A stretch of DNA of 64,000 nucleotides from Vitrella brassicaformis CCMP3155 (GCA_001179505.1 CDMY01000463.1:1-64000), one strand, 5' to 3'. Positions 13,139 through 25,437 are shown, counted from the stretch's first letter. Numbers and translations: made by a program. Notes: generated by a model from the letters alone, not told the origin.

Positions 13139-13426
13139 TGCGATAGGTACAACCTGCACACACACAACAACATCCACAACAGAACAGACAAGCTTAATTG
13201 CATCATCTGCATGTGGGCATGCAGTGTGATCGATTGCCGGTTGCTTACACAGATAGAGCCTTCAACGAATCGACGACGTCAGCCGCCGGAACAGAGCACC
13301 TGAAAGAACACACGGGATTCCCCGGGTCTCAAAGGCAAGATCTGACACTTTTTCTGGCTCACCGTTGATCGGATGACAAATGCACGCGTCGTTTGGGAGC
13401 AAGGCTGACAACGTCGCTTCAGGGTC

Positions 13427-13460
13427 TGCGAGCTTAGCCACGAAAACCCCTTAGCTCGCA
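13427..13460. other. Inverted repeat / hairpin (11-bp stem with one mismatch, 12-nt loop)
   Basis: TGCGAGCTTAG (13427-13437) pairs with CTTAGCTCGCA (13450-13460). Confidence 0.7.
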
Positions 13461-13477
13461 AAATGACTCCGATGACA

Positions 13478-13505
13478 CCTAGGGTGCTCCCTGAAACCGC
13501 TGCGA
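13478..13505 (+). repeat. 28-bp element CCTAGGGTGCTCCCTGAAACCGCTGCGA, copy 1
   Basis: Exact match to 34435-34462. Lies between divergently transcribed genes. Confidence 0.9.
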
Positions 13506-13732
13506 CTCCGATGAAGTGACGTTTGGTTGCGCTTGCATCTCTTCTAAAATCACTGCAGTCTGTTCCTCTTCCCCTGCAGTGAGTGCTGATCAATCAGATC
13601 TATCTGGTGGAGCTGACTCATCTCATCCATCCATAAGCAACAGGCAGGTGATGGCATGGCAATCAGAGAGAGCCATGCAACGCACTCACCGTCCATGCCA
13701 CGCCTCTCGTTTCTTTTAATTTCAGGCAGGCT

Positions 13733-16700
13733 ATGCGAACAACTCGCCTCTTGCGCAGCGTGCACAGCATGTGTGTTGGGAGATGCGGATATGTATATGC
13801 ATCGGCTGCCGTCCGCCCCGCCCTTCGCCAGCAGACCCGCTGCGCCCGCACGTCGACGGCACACAGGAGAAGCGACACCACTAGACATAGTAGGCAGGGC
13901 AGGGAGAGACTGGAGAGAGAGAGTGGTATCCATCACATCAGCTGTCTGTCTGCGTATCGTTCAGCGTCTGGTGAGTCGTCGTCGGCATCATCAGCTGCCC
14001 CAGCGATGCGATTTGATGAGCTGCAGCTGAGTGAAGGCACCATGAAGGGTATTACACAGGTGAGCCACACGCAGCTGGCCAGGCTGACTGACACGCAATC
14101 ACATCGCACACACACGTGTGTCTGCCTGCCTGCCTACCTGCTGTCATGTGTATCAGATATTGGGTTACGAGACCATGTCAGATGTGCAGTCCAAGGCAAT
14201 CACCAAGGTTGGTTGGTGTGAATGTCTACACACGCACATGCACACAACACATACGCGGGATCAGACCAACGGCCGATATGGGTCGCACACACCTCTGTGT
14301 GTGTGTGCACTGCAGGTGTTGCACACGAGCAACGATGTCCTGGTGCAGAGTAAGACGGGCACCGGCAAGACGCTCTGCTACCTCATTCCCGTCATCGAGA
14401 AAATGGTACACACACACACATTCAGCACCCTTAGACAGACACGTGACAATTGCTGTGTGTCGGCCGGTGTGTGCAGGTGAGGAGCCCTCCTGTGGCTGTG
14501 GGTGCGCTCATCCTGGCGCCCACAAGAGAGCTGGTGCTGCAGATCGTCAAGGAGGCCTCTCAGCTGCTGACGCACCACCCGGCCATCGACATACTCCCTC
14601 TCACTGGGGGCACCTCCCGAAGACAAGACACGGTCCGTCTATTCGTCTGCTGCAGACACACACACAGAGCCACCCACGTGTTTGCGTGTAGAGATTTTCT
14701 GATTCTGTGTGTGTAGGTAGCTCTGAAGCGCCGGAGGCCTCAGATCGTGGTGGCGACCCCGGGGCGGCTGTTGGATCACCTGTCGTCGACATTCAACTTT
14801 CACTCGCTCTTCACCGGGCTGTCTGTCATGGTGCTCGACGAGGCCGACAGGTACACACACTCACAGGCGCATTCCCTGTCTGTCTGGCTGTCTGTCTGTC
14901 TGTCTGCCTGTCTGTGTGGGTGTGTGTAGGTTGTTAGAGCTTGGGAGCATTGACGATCTGCGGACCATCATGACATACATGCCCAAAGACAAACAGGTGT
15001 TTACGCGAGTGCCTGTCTCTGTGTCTGTCTGTATCTGGACCTTTGTGTGGGTATTGTATTGTTTGCCTTGTATGCGTGCAGTCGTTGCTCTTCTCGGCGA
15101 CCATCACGGATGACGTCAGGGGTACATCCAGAGAGAGAGGCAGAGACGACAGACTTGTCGACGACAGGACACACAATCATCTGTGTGTCCATGCCATGTG
15201 TGCAGAGATCGCCACTCGGGCCTGCAGAGCCAACTACATGCTCATCGTAAGCAGACGCACCGATGAATCGAATCTTTGTGGCCGTTTTCATTTCCATGTG
15301 TGTGTGTGTGTGTGTGTGTGTGCAGGACTGCATCCCTCACGACGACATCCCGACGGTGGATCGTGTGCAGCAGAGATACGTCACACTCCCAGCCAGATGC
15401 CTCACACAGGCGAGTGATCAGACAGACAGACAGACAGACAGGGAGGAAGAAACAGACACCGCACCCGCCCCACGGACAGACGTCAACTGCTGCCTGCCTT
15501 TGCCTGTAGGTGTTGTATCACTGCCTCATGAACGAGATGCGAACCAACCTGTACAGCTACAAGATCCTGGTCTTCTTCCCCACCGCACGATGCACTGCAT
15601 TCTTCGCGCACTTCTACAGGGAACAACTCAGGTCCACACACACACATGCACACGCACACACACGGTCGTGTGGGTGTGTGTGGGTGCGGTGCATCCACAC
15701 CACAGGTGCGTCAGTGTGTGTGAGTTGGTTGGTGCGGTGCCTGCAGGATAGCTGTGTATGAGATGCACCGGAGGAGAGACCAGCACACAAGGTGGGTGCA
15801 CCACGCACACACACAGACACAAAGAAAGCACATCTGTGTGTGCACTGTCTGATGCTCAGGAGCGTCACATCAGATCGGTTCAAGAGCGACCCCACAGGTG
15901 CGGTTTGTGCGAACACAGGGAGCCGCCGTCAAGTTGTTTGTCGTGACATATGTTTGTTTGTGTGGCCTGGCCTTGCCTTGTGAGTGATTTACAGGGATAA
16001 TGTTTTCGAGTGATCTGTCGGCTCGTGGGATGGACTACCCCAACGTCACACTCGTCATACAGGTAAGGCACACACACACACGCGTGAGTGCCGCTTTGCT
16101 TTGCTTTGTGTGTCTGCAGGTGTGTGCCCCGCCCTCTCGCGAGCAGTACATCCACAGAATCGGTAGCCTACACAACGCAGCCACACAAGCATCGAATCGA
16201 CACAGTGCCTCTATTATAGACAGCCAATCTGTGTGTGTGTGTGTGTGTATTGTGCGTCAGGTCGGACGGCCCGTGTTCACTCTGACGGCCGTGGGCTGCT
16301 GCTGCTGACTGAGAACGAAGCGCAGGGCGGCATGGAGGTAGGATGCGATGCGCCGTGCAGTGCACTGCACGCACCTCACCACGTGTGGGTGTCTCCGTAT
16401 GCCTTTGTGTGTGTGTGTGTGTGTGTGTGGAAAGGCCATCAAGGATTTGCCCATACATAAGATTGACGACAAGTCGCTCTTCTACCAGGCAGGCAAAGAC
16501 ACACACCACTGTGTGCTGTGCTGTGCTGAATCGATGGTGGTTGATGTTGATGTTGATGTTGATGTTGATGTGTGTGTGTGTGTGTGTTCAGAACGACCTG
16601 CTGGTCAATGCTGTCAGCAGCTGGATGGCCAACACACAGGTGGGTATGTTATCCCCCGCTGCACACGCATAGCATAGGCAGGCGGGGATTTATGAGATTT

Positions 16701-17523
16701 CTCTCTCTCGATGTGTATGTCTGTTCTGTCTGTTCTGTCTGTCTGTGTGTGTGTGTCATTCGTGTCATCCAGCTGTTGTTTGCGGCATCTGCTGCGTATG
16801 CCTCGCTGCTGACCTACTTCAAAGTCCACGCCCGCAGGTCAGGTGTGTCACACACCACACCACACCCTGATGCGATGCCAAGCGATGCACACCATGCAGC
16901 AAAGCATCTGTCTATCCTCATGTGTGGGGTGGGTTTGTGTGTGTGTGTGTGTGTGTGTGTGTCTTTAATGTCAGGTTGAAGCTGAGCGACAGTGACGTAG
17001 GGCATACAGACAGACAGACACACCCAGACACAATGAATGCCCCCGTGTGTGTGCGATGTGGTTCTGTCTGGCAGATCATCCAGACAGCGGGGGACATGCT
17101 GCTGTCCGCCGGCCTGGTCGACACACCTGGTGGGGTGGGGACCTTACTCTCGCACACCACACACACACACACCCTACACGGCCTCCACGCTGCGTCTGTG
17201 AGAGCGTGCCTCTCTATGTTTCTGTGTATGTGCATGTCTGTCTGTCTGGTTTGTTTGTCCAGCCATCTCCCGTCGGCTCGCCCAGACGCTGCAACTGGAG
17301 GGCAACCCCATGATCAAAGTAACACAGACAGTCAGACAGACAGACACCCAATCATATCATTCTTGCCAGCCCAGCCGGCTCATCTCATGTCATGGGTGTG
17401 CGTGTGTTGTGTTGTGTGTGTTGTGTTCAGGTGCAGGACAATTTGGACGAGTTGGATGCGTTGGAGTATCTGCACGAGACGGCTGACCACAACAGACAGA
17501 AACAGCACGAGGAACGGAGGTAG
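13733..17523 (+). CDS. DEAD-box RNA helicase (Mss116/DDX18-like clade suggested), probably organelle-targeted
   Basis: Q motif [53 protein letters not shown] and YIHRIG|RTAR across more than 15 GT-AG introns. The N-terminus is R/S/T/A-rich. Stop TAG at 17521-17523. Confidence 0.92.
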
Positions 17524-18289
17524 GTACGCAAGGAAGGCTCATGAATGAGGCCAGGCACACCACTCAACTGACAGACATCGACTGCATACAGACACACAGA
17601 GATACGTGTGTGCACTGAATTGATTGATGGACTAGATATGTGGAGGAGCTTAAGCTGACGGCAATGGGACGAAAGCACGACGACAGAGACCACACTTTCA
17701 CACAGGTACCCATGTTTGTTTGTACGTGTCAGCTAAGCGTGTGGATGTTCGTTCGTGTTGGCCTTGGCTGCAGACGTATGGCTGATATAATTGATGTGGC
17801 ATGTATGGGTGGTCTTTGAATCTAAGGGCTGACTTGACTGATGCGATGCGGGCGATCGATATAGGTGAATGACGTGACGTGTCTTGGGATCATTGAGTGT
17901 ATAGCTAAGCTGACAACCGCTAAATTGCGTGTGCGTGTTAAAGACCTCTTTCACTCATTAACGCGATCGTTTGTCTACTGCTCGCCCAGCAAACAGGCGG
18001 CATATAGATAGGTGGCATATGTGAGTGAAATAGGATGTATGTGTGCGTGTGTGCGTGTGGTAGCTTGCTGGCATGCTTGCTGGGCAGAGGATTTCGGAGC
18101 GTTTCAGGGGTGTATTCAAATATGGCTGGTGCGGTGCGGGAATCTGTTTAGCTTTACAGTGAATGGACAAATAACATGGACACACATTAAATACATTCAT
18201 TCAAGCAAGGGAGCATGAGGTGATGGGGAGCGCTGTATATGTCAGTGTTGCCACCACACGCAGCCAATGAATTGACAGGGAGGAGAGGG

Positions 18290-19050
18290 AGGAGTGGTTC
18301 TATTACCGCCGCATCACCTGCAGCACCTCTCCCTTTCGCCTGTCAGCCTATATCCCGCAGGTCACCCAGCGGCTGTCGATGGTCTGCCAACAGTCACCAG
18401 ACACATTAAGACAGAGACAGAGGGACGAGAGAGACGGAAAAGACTGCTATGCGTGAGTGGGTCACTGTTCGTGTCTCTTGTGTCTTGCCTTTGCACACCT
18501 TGGCGCGCCTGAGCAGCTTGATAAAAAAAAGTTCTTCATCAGCTGCTGTGGGCTTCTGAAGCGCCGGGGTGACCTCAGCTGGCCTTTGCGTGATGAATTC
18601 GATGTTCGTCGGGGAAAGCTCGTTAGGGCCGGACACGTGCAGGATGGAGGGCTGGTCGTGGATGTTTAGATAGTTGTTGTTGGCATCCCTGTTCTTGTCG
18701 GTGAGAAGGGAGAAAGAGGAAGGCAATGCACATCAAGGAAGATCATGTATGGGGTGTGTATATATATGTGTGCTGCCTGTGTATACGTACAGGGTGCTCA
18801 CTCAATGGCGTAGGACAAGGGGAACAGACGCCTGCTGTGACCTCCAGAGGACCAACAGAGCGTTGTCGAAATCTGCATGCAAACACAGGCAAGGAACAGA
18901 AGGAATAGGAGAGAATACCCAGGTAGTTCTTGTGTTGGTTCGCTCTCTCACTCACTTCATCGCCATCGAACGAGTCAACGTTGGATATGTCGACGCTGCC
19001 CGCATCGCATCGGTGGTGCTGCTCGTATTGGAGTCACAGATACACGCGCA
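18290..19050 (-). pseudogene. Decayed multi-exon gene fragment, tandem copy A (product unknown)
   Basis: Exons DISNVDSFDGDE, YLNIHDQPSILHVSGPNELSPTNIEF...FIKLLRRAK| and TIDSRWVTCGI*ADRR with in-frame stops. Exons and intron text are homologous to 19660-20600. Confidence 0.5.
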
Positions 19051-19124
19051 CACGCATCGTCCCACCACTCGCTCTCTCCCGAGTCACACACATACAGGCT
19101 CACGCACACGCACACACACCCATC

Positions 19125-19650
19125 TACTGTCTCTCGCTTTCTTGTCGACTCACAGATACACTGACACACACCTTCCCGGCACTCATCATCATCATGACAC
19201 CAGTGGCTCCTGCCAGGCAGAAAGATAGATGGTAAAGTCGATATGTGCAGCAATAGGTGAGGTGAGGAGAGAGCACGTGAGAGAGCATGGAAGAGAGTGG
19301 AGAAAGCCATCCATCCAAATGCAGAGAAAAATCTGTGTGTGTGTGTGTGTGTGGAAGGAGGGAAAAAATCTGTATATGTGTGTGTCTGTGTGTGTGTGTG
19401 GGTTTGTATATGTTTATGAACGGTCTCTCGCTCTCTTGTCGAGTCACACATACACGAACACACGAACACGTACGCCGTCCCATCAAAAAACCACCACACC
19501 ACTACGCCAGTGTATCCCGTCAGGCAGAAAGAAAGTCGATATGCGGGCAGCAAGGTGTGAGGAGAGAGTGGAGAAAGGCATTCATCCAAATGCAGAGAAA
19601 AATCTGTGTATGTATGTGTGGGTATGTGGGGGGGGAGGTGTATGTGTGTA
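19125..19650. repeat. Diverged tandem duplication, unit about 300 bp
   Basis: CAGGCAGAAAG...GAGAGTGGAGAAAG.CAT.CATCCAAATGCAGAGAAAAATCTGTGT occurs at about 19214-19340 and 19521-19610. TCTCTCGCT.TCTTGTCGA.TCACA occurs at about 19130 and 19425. Confidence 0.8.
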
Positions 19651-19659
19651 TGTAGGTAT

Positions 19660-20600
19660 GTGTGGATATCGTCGAGTCCTGATTATTCGCCAGCGTCCTC
19701 ACTGCACGTCGGCAAGAGAGTGACAAAACGCAAGAGCGACGTGAATATTGCTGTGTCTGTGACTGTACTCGTATGTGTACCGAATGCGGCGCCTACCTGT
19801 GGAACGTCATGTAATAGTAATGGGTCTCGCCGCAGTCCTCGCGGGGGCACTGCAGAGTTTGACGAACTCCACGTTTGGTGGGGGAATCTCGTTGGCGTCG
19901 AACACCCGGCAGGGATATTGAGGTATTCGTTGCCATGCATGTCTCTGTCGGTCAGGAGGCAGATAGAGGAAGACAACGCACAGCAGGGAAGATCATGTGT
20001 GATGCGATGTGATGTTGTGGGCGGATGGAGGCTCTCTGCCTGTCTGCTTTCCTTCCTCGGCAGATCTGGCAGCTCTTTGTGAGGGAGGCCCACTCACCTA
20101 CGTGGGCGATTCGGCAGATTACGACCACCACACCTCTGTCACTGCGCCGACGCTAAGACGCTCACGAAAAGGGGACGGATCTTCAGCCAGTGAAGCGCGC
20201 AAATATTCCTTGTCATCTCCCCGATAGGGACGTCAATCTGATCGGCACCCACACGAAGATCATGGATGGGGTGTATATGTATGTGTGTCGGTTGTGTATG
20301 TAGGGTGCTCACTGAGTAAGGTAGACCAGGCCGAACACGCCTGTACGTCCTCCACATGACCCAACAGAACTTGACGCGCTCGTAGAAGACCGCCGGACAT
20401 CGTCATCACCTGCATTGTCATCACCTGAAGGCACACACATGCAAGGAGCAGGAGAGAATATCCAGGTAGTTCTTGTGTTGGTTCGTTCTCTCACTCAGAT
20501 CATCGCTGTCGAACGTGCCGACGGTCGAGATGTTGTCGTCGCCCACATCACGATGTGCAACTCTATTGGCAACGCGCTTGAGAGCATCTGCATCAAAGCG
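19660..20600 (-). pseudogene. Decayed multi-exon gene fragment, tandem copy B
   Basis: DDNISTVGTFDSDDL, and YLNIPAG/(frameshift)VFDANEIPPPNVEF, which aligns with copy A VSGPNELSPTNIEF. Near-identical intron text AGAGAATA.CCAGGTAGTTCTTGTGTTGGTTCG at about 18910 and 20453. Confidence 0.5.
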
Positions 20601-20689
20601 CGTAGTGTCACAGACAGAGGACATGCAATGACTATGCTGGTATGTGAGGGTGCCTGGTGCACCTATCAAGGTTAGCTACCGGCTTGAAC

Positions 20690-21475
20690 TTGTGGCCGAT
20701 GTTCAAACGCATCAACAAGTTTAGCACATGATGGCTCCATGACGTGCAGGCAGAAGGAGAGGACCCTTGTGGAATTTGCATAGAGGCAAAAAGCAGCAAG
20801 CTGCCCCCCGTCAAGACGAGTGATCCATCCTCTGAGTGCACTGACCCGTTTGAGTTGGTTTACAGCGACATCTGTGGCACTCTGCTACGGTCGAGTCCTC
20901 GGGGATATCGCTACTTCATCACCTTTGTGGATACGTACACTCAACGTGTGGCGGTGTATCCACTGAGATCACGTGACGAGTCGGCTGATGCCTTGGTCAG
21001 GCTGTGCGCTACGATGAAGGTACCTGAAACACTTAGAACAGACTATGCACAGGAGCTGTCGACCGGTGCTTTTGAGCGTGTGTGTCTGGGGAAGGGTATT
21101 AAGCGTCAGTTTAGTGCACTATACTCACCGCGGCAGAATGGGATCGCTGAGCGCATGAACAGGACGCTGAATGAGATGGCGACAGCCTTCCTGCTACACC
21201 ATCAAACCACCGTAGCGCTCTGGTCGTTCGCTGTTGACACAGCGGCATTTCTGACGAACCGATTACCCACAGCGAGCCTGAGAGACAGCAAGACACCGTA
21301 CGAGATGTGGGAGGGCCGACGGCCCTACCTGGGACATGTGCGTGTGTGGGGCTGCCTTGGGTATGTGCATCGGAGAAAGAAACACCGAGACAATAAGTAC
21401 TCACCGAAGTACTAATCGAAGGCGGTGCCGATGGTCTTGGTCGGTTACGATGCGCGGACGAAGGATGCTCACGTC
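20690..21475 (+). mobile_element. Truncated Ty1/copia LTR-retrotransposon integrase fragment
   Basis: CGICIEAK zinc-finger half, FELVYSDICG, YRYFITFVD, LRTD, SPRQNGIAERMNRTLNEM (D,D-35-E), LWSFAVDTAAFLTNR, KTPYEMWEGRRP and VRVWGC. Premature TAA at 21413-21415, then KAVPMVLVGYD. No RT or LTR is visible. Confidence 0.92.
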
Positions 21476-21883
21476 TTGAGGCGCACTTGCTCCTCCCGCA
21501 CCTTGGTCATGAGTGATGAGGATGGGGAGATGGAGGACCTAATGGACCGTTTGTTGTGGCGCCACCTGACACACACACACACAAACACACACAGCTACAG
21601 GAGGCGCCGTCAATGGTCGGTGCGTCTTCAGAACATACCGGTGGATTCGGTGGCGGCGCGCCCTTGCATCCTGCACAGGTGGGGCAAGTAAGAGCGCACG
21701 TGTTACGTGTAGTGCAGAGGGGTATCGATAGGCGCTCGGGGCGATCCCTTCCGCCGCCAGGCTACGCCGAACGGACCTCACATCTCCAATATGTGGACGA
21801 CGCAAGAGGCGCCGTTCTTCAAAACTCACTCATAGCTCGCAATGGAAGCAGAGAGATCTTTCATCGCGAAGCCTCAGTATCAT
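21469..21883 (-). pseudogene. Three spliced exons (21883-21830, 21670-21639, 21565-21469) with an in-frame TGA at the end of exon 1
   Basis: Canonical introns GTGAGT...GTGCAG and GTATGT...TGTCAG. The longest spliced frame reads MILRLRDERSLCFHCEL*DARARRHRIHRWRHNKRSIRSS...VRLKT*. Confidence 0.35.
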
Positions 21884-21936
21884 GTGCGGGCTGGCCCATG
21901 CACTTCGTGTAGGCCATCGTTTGTGGTTTCGATGAG

Positions 21937-22947
21937 ATGAGCATGAGCAGCGGTCGCCGTGACAGTTTGGGTGACCGCCTGCCCCGCCCGGTGCGCCGCG
22001 TGGCGCTTGACGAGCAGGAGGCCATCGACAGAGTGCTCATCTACGGGGCGGCCATCGGCATACACGCCGCACTCATCGCATGGGGACTGCACCAAGACAA
22101 GACTCGTGAGTGGAGTGTGCGCGTGATAAACCACACACACTCACACAGACAGACGCAGACAGACAGAAGGAAGAAAGATGCACCCGATGAGTTAACTGAT
22201 GGGCATGTCATGTGATGTGTCGTGTGTGTGGTTGCCATTCCATGCAGTGTCGGTGCCGTACACCGACATCGACTACCACGTCTTCAGCGACGCCGCGCGG
22301 CACCTTTATGAGGGCGCTTCGCCGTACGAGCGGGAAACATACAGATACACACCCTTGCTGTAAGCAAGAGAAACCACACAGCCAAGCCGGACACGCAGAT
22401 AGATGAGTCTGTGCATTGAATGCCTTGGCCTCTCTGGTGTGGTGTGCCTGTGTTCGGTGTGTCCATGATATGACTGCAGTGCGTGGCTGCTGGTGCCTGT
22501 GGTGTGGCACCCTCTCTTCGGCAAGGCCCTCTTCTGCCTTGCCAACCTTGTGTGCGCCGCACTCATCGAGGTCAGTCAGCACACACAAGGCAGGCCAAGG
22601 CAGTGCAGACCACCTGCAGGCACTTGTGCAGCCAACCAGCCAGCGATCGATCCATTCATCAATGTGTGTTGTGTTGTCCATCCATCCATCCATCCCATCC
22701 ATCAGCATGTGCTGCGTGCTCGCGGCGTCCGCGCTCGCCCCTCCCTGCTGCTGTCGTGTCTGTGGCTGATGAACCCCATACCGCTCAACGTGGCCACCCG
22801 AGGCAGCTGCGACACTCTCACGTGTGCCATGATACTGGTGCTGGTGCGAGAACTGGTCGACATGAACCCCGCTGGCAAGAGGAGGGTTGGGTGCTCGTGG
22901 GCAGCTGTGAGGGCTGCTGTCGTGTAAGTAAGAGTCAGTGGGAAGCA

Positions 22948-22994
<47 letters not shown>

Positions 22995-24683
22995 GGGGGT
23001 GGATGGGTGTCTTTGGTGTGTGTGTCAATCAGCTACGGTTTTTTGGTTCATTGGCGGGTCTTCCCCGTGATATACGGACTGCCCATCCTGCTGCTGCTCA
23101 ACCCTGACTACCTCTCCTGCAAATTTGTATGCACGCCCTGCGTTGGAGAGTGAATGATACACGTGTTTCCCTTGTCTGCCATGCCATTGCCATGTCAGAC
23201 GCGCCCTCTAGCTGTCGATACGCCCAAGCCGTCCGTCTCAGATATAGCCAAAGGCAACACAAAGGATGATCACGACAGCGGAGAGGATGGCGATGGCAAT
23301 GGCGATGGCGATGACGACATAGCAGAGGACATGTTTTCAGCCCGGAGAGGGTCCCTGCCGCCCGTCTTGTCGGTGGCGTCGCTCTTGCGGCTGAATGGCG
23401 ATCAGATGGTGTTCGTCGCCATCAGCGGGGGGCTATTCCTTGCCTTGATGGCTGTCTTCTACTACTGGTAAACATGAGTACACACAAGGCAAGGCGCCGG
23501 AGGGGCCCGGCCCGGCCAGCTGTGTGTGTGCAGGTATGGGTGGGTGTTTGTGTACGAGACGTACCTCTATCATCTGGTGCGCTCCGACCTGGCACACAAC
23601 TTCTCGCCATACTTCTACATCGCCAGAATGATGCAGCCATACCCTACGCTCGCTAAGGTAGGCAAGACAAACACACACACACACACACGAGGCAAACCTG
23701 GATGAAGGCATGGGCGTGTGTCTTGCCTTTGTGTGTGTGTGTGTGTGTGCGTGTGAGAGCATGCAGGTGGTGAGCATCGGTGTGTTTGTGCCTCAGTGGG
23801 CTGGTGCGTTGGTGCTGGGGGCCTACTACGCGCGCAAGAGGGTTGAGCTGGGGCTCTTCATGCAGGTAGGTCATCCAGTGAGTACCAGGCAGACACAGAC
23901 AGACACACGGATGCGTGTGTGCAGGGTGAATGGATGGATGGATGGATTTGGCTCTGTGTGTGCACATTATGTGTGTGTGTGTGCTGCCATAGCTAGACGC
24001 TGTGGTTTGTGGCGCTCAATAAAGTCTGCACGGCACAGGTGTGGATGGATGGATGGATGGATGGCGGCCCACACCACACGCCATGCAGTCTGATGTCTGT
24101 CTGTCTGTGCTGTCTGGTGGTCACTCAGTATTTCCTGTGGTGGGGCTGCCTGATGCCGCTCGCCATCGCCTGTGTACCCGCCACACGAGTAAGCACAGAG
24201 GCAAGCACACAGAAGCCGATTGCAGCAAGCCATCCGTCCCCCTATGCTGTGTGTGTCTGTCAGCGTCGTGTGATCGAGCTGATTCTCCTGTGCGGCTTCT
24301 GGCTCGCCACCGAGGTGCCTACACACACAAACACACACAGAGAGAGAGAGAGAGATGAGTGCTGTCTGTGTGTTCATTCCCTCAGTTCCATTGGCTGGGC
24401 TGGGCATACAAGCTGGAGTTCCTTCGACAAGACGTGGCACTGCAGGTGTGTGTGTACTGCATGCAGTGTAGGCCAGCCACACACACATCACATAACGATG
24501 CGTGTCTGTCTGTCTGTCCGTTTTGTGTGCGTATGTCTTCAGGTGTTTCTGGCGTCGCTGTTGTTCCTGTGTGCCAATTTGTGTGTGGTGTGGTTCTTCT
24601 GGCGCCACGCCCGTGCAGCCAACATCCACGTCAATTTCGTCGTCAGCGCCAGACCTTCTCTCGTGGCGAGAAAGTCATCATAG
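21937..24683 (+). CDS. PIGM: GPI mannosyltransferase I (PIG-M/GPI14)
   Basis: [66 protein letters not shown] and VVTQYFLWW. These are diagnostic PIG-M motifs in a multi-TM protein. Stop TAG at 24681-24683. Confidence 0.93.
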
Positions 24684-25437
24684 CTATGAGGTGACAGCCA
24701 AGCAGCCAGACAGGCAAGATGTCTGAGTGAGTGCTGCTGTCGTTTCTCTCGGTCGCTCTGTGTGCCGACGTCTCGGTCTGTGCTGGCGCGGTGTGGCGTG
24801 GTGTTGAGCATTCATTACTGATGGATGACACTTGGTTGACGGAGAACGTTATGTAGAATAAATGGGACCATCGACAGAGGACGCCGATCGAACGATCGAG
24901 GGGGGCTGATGAAGATTCGTGATTCAATCCTATCTACCCGTGCTCAAACACACGCCGAGCCAGATCCAATCAATGGGTGCGCGCAGACAAACGCGACGAG
25001 GGCAAGGGAAGGGCGGCGAATGCTGGATGATGGAAAGTGCTTGAAACGTGGCTGGCTGCTGGCGCGCCATGTCGATGCGCTGACATATCTTGTTTAAAAC
25101 AGTATATAGTGATACATACGATAACGCATAAGTTACCTACCGGCACGGGCGAGAAAAAAGACAGAAATGCAGAGAGACATACTGACTGTCATGGACTGAC
25201 TGAGTGACTGACTGACTGACTGACAGACTGCGATAGATAGCTGACCCCACCACACACTCCCAACAGCGCGCGCACCACACACCGCACACCACACACTGCG
25301 CCTGTCTGTCAGCCAACCTGTTTCCCGACCTGGGGGGAACGACCTATACTACAAATACGCGGCCCACGCCACACCCACACCGATGCACACGCAATGGCTG
25401 GCTGGCTGACGGTGTGCAGGTCAGGTCAGTCAGTCAG

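Noticed and set aside
13438-13456. AAAACCCCTTAG as a possible telomerase RNA template
   Set aside because: It does not give 1.5 copies of a TTAGGG/TTTAGGG-type repeat, and there is no other support.
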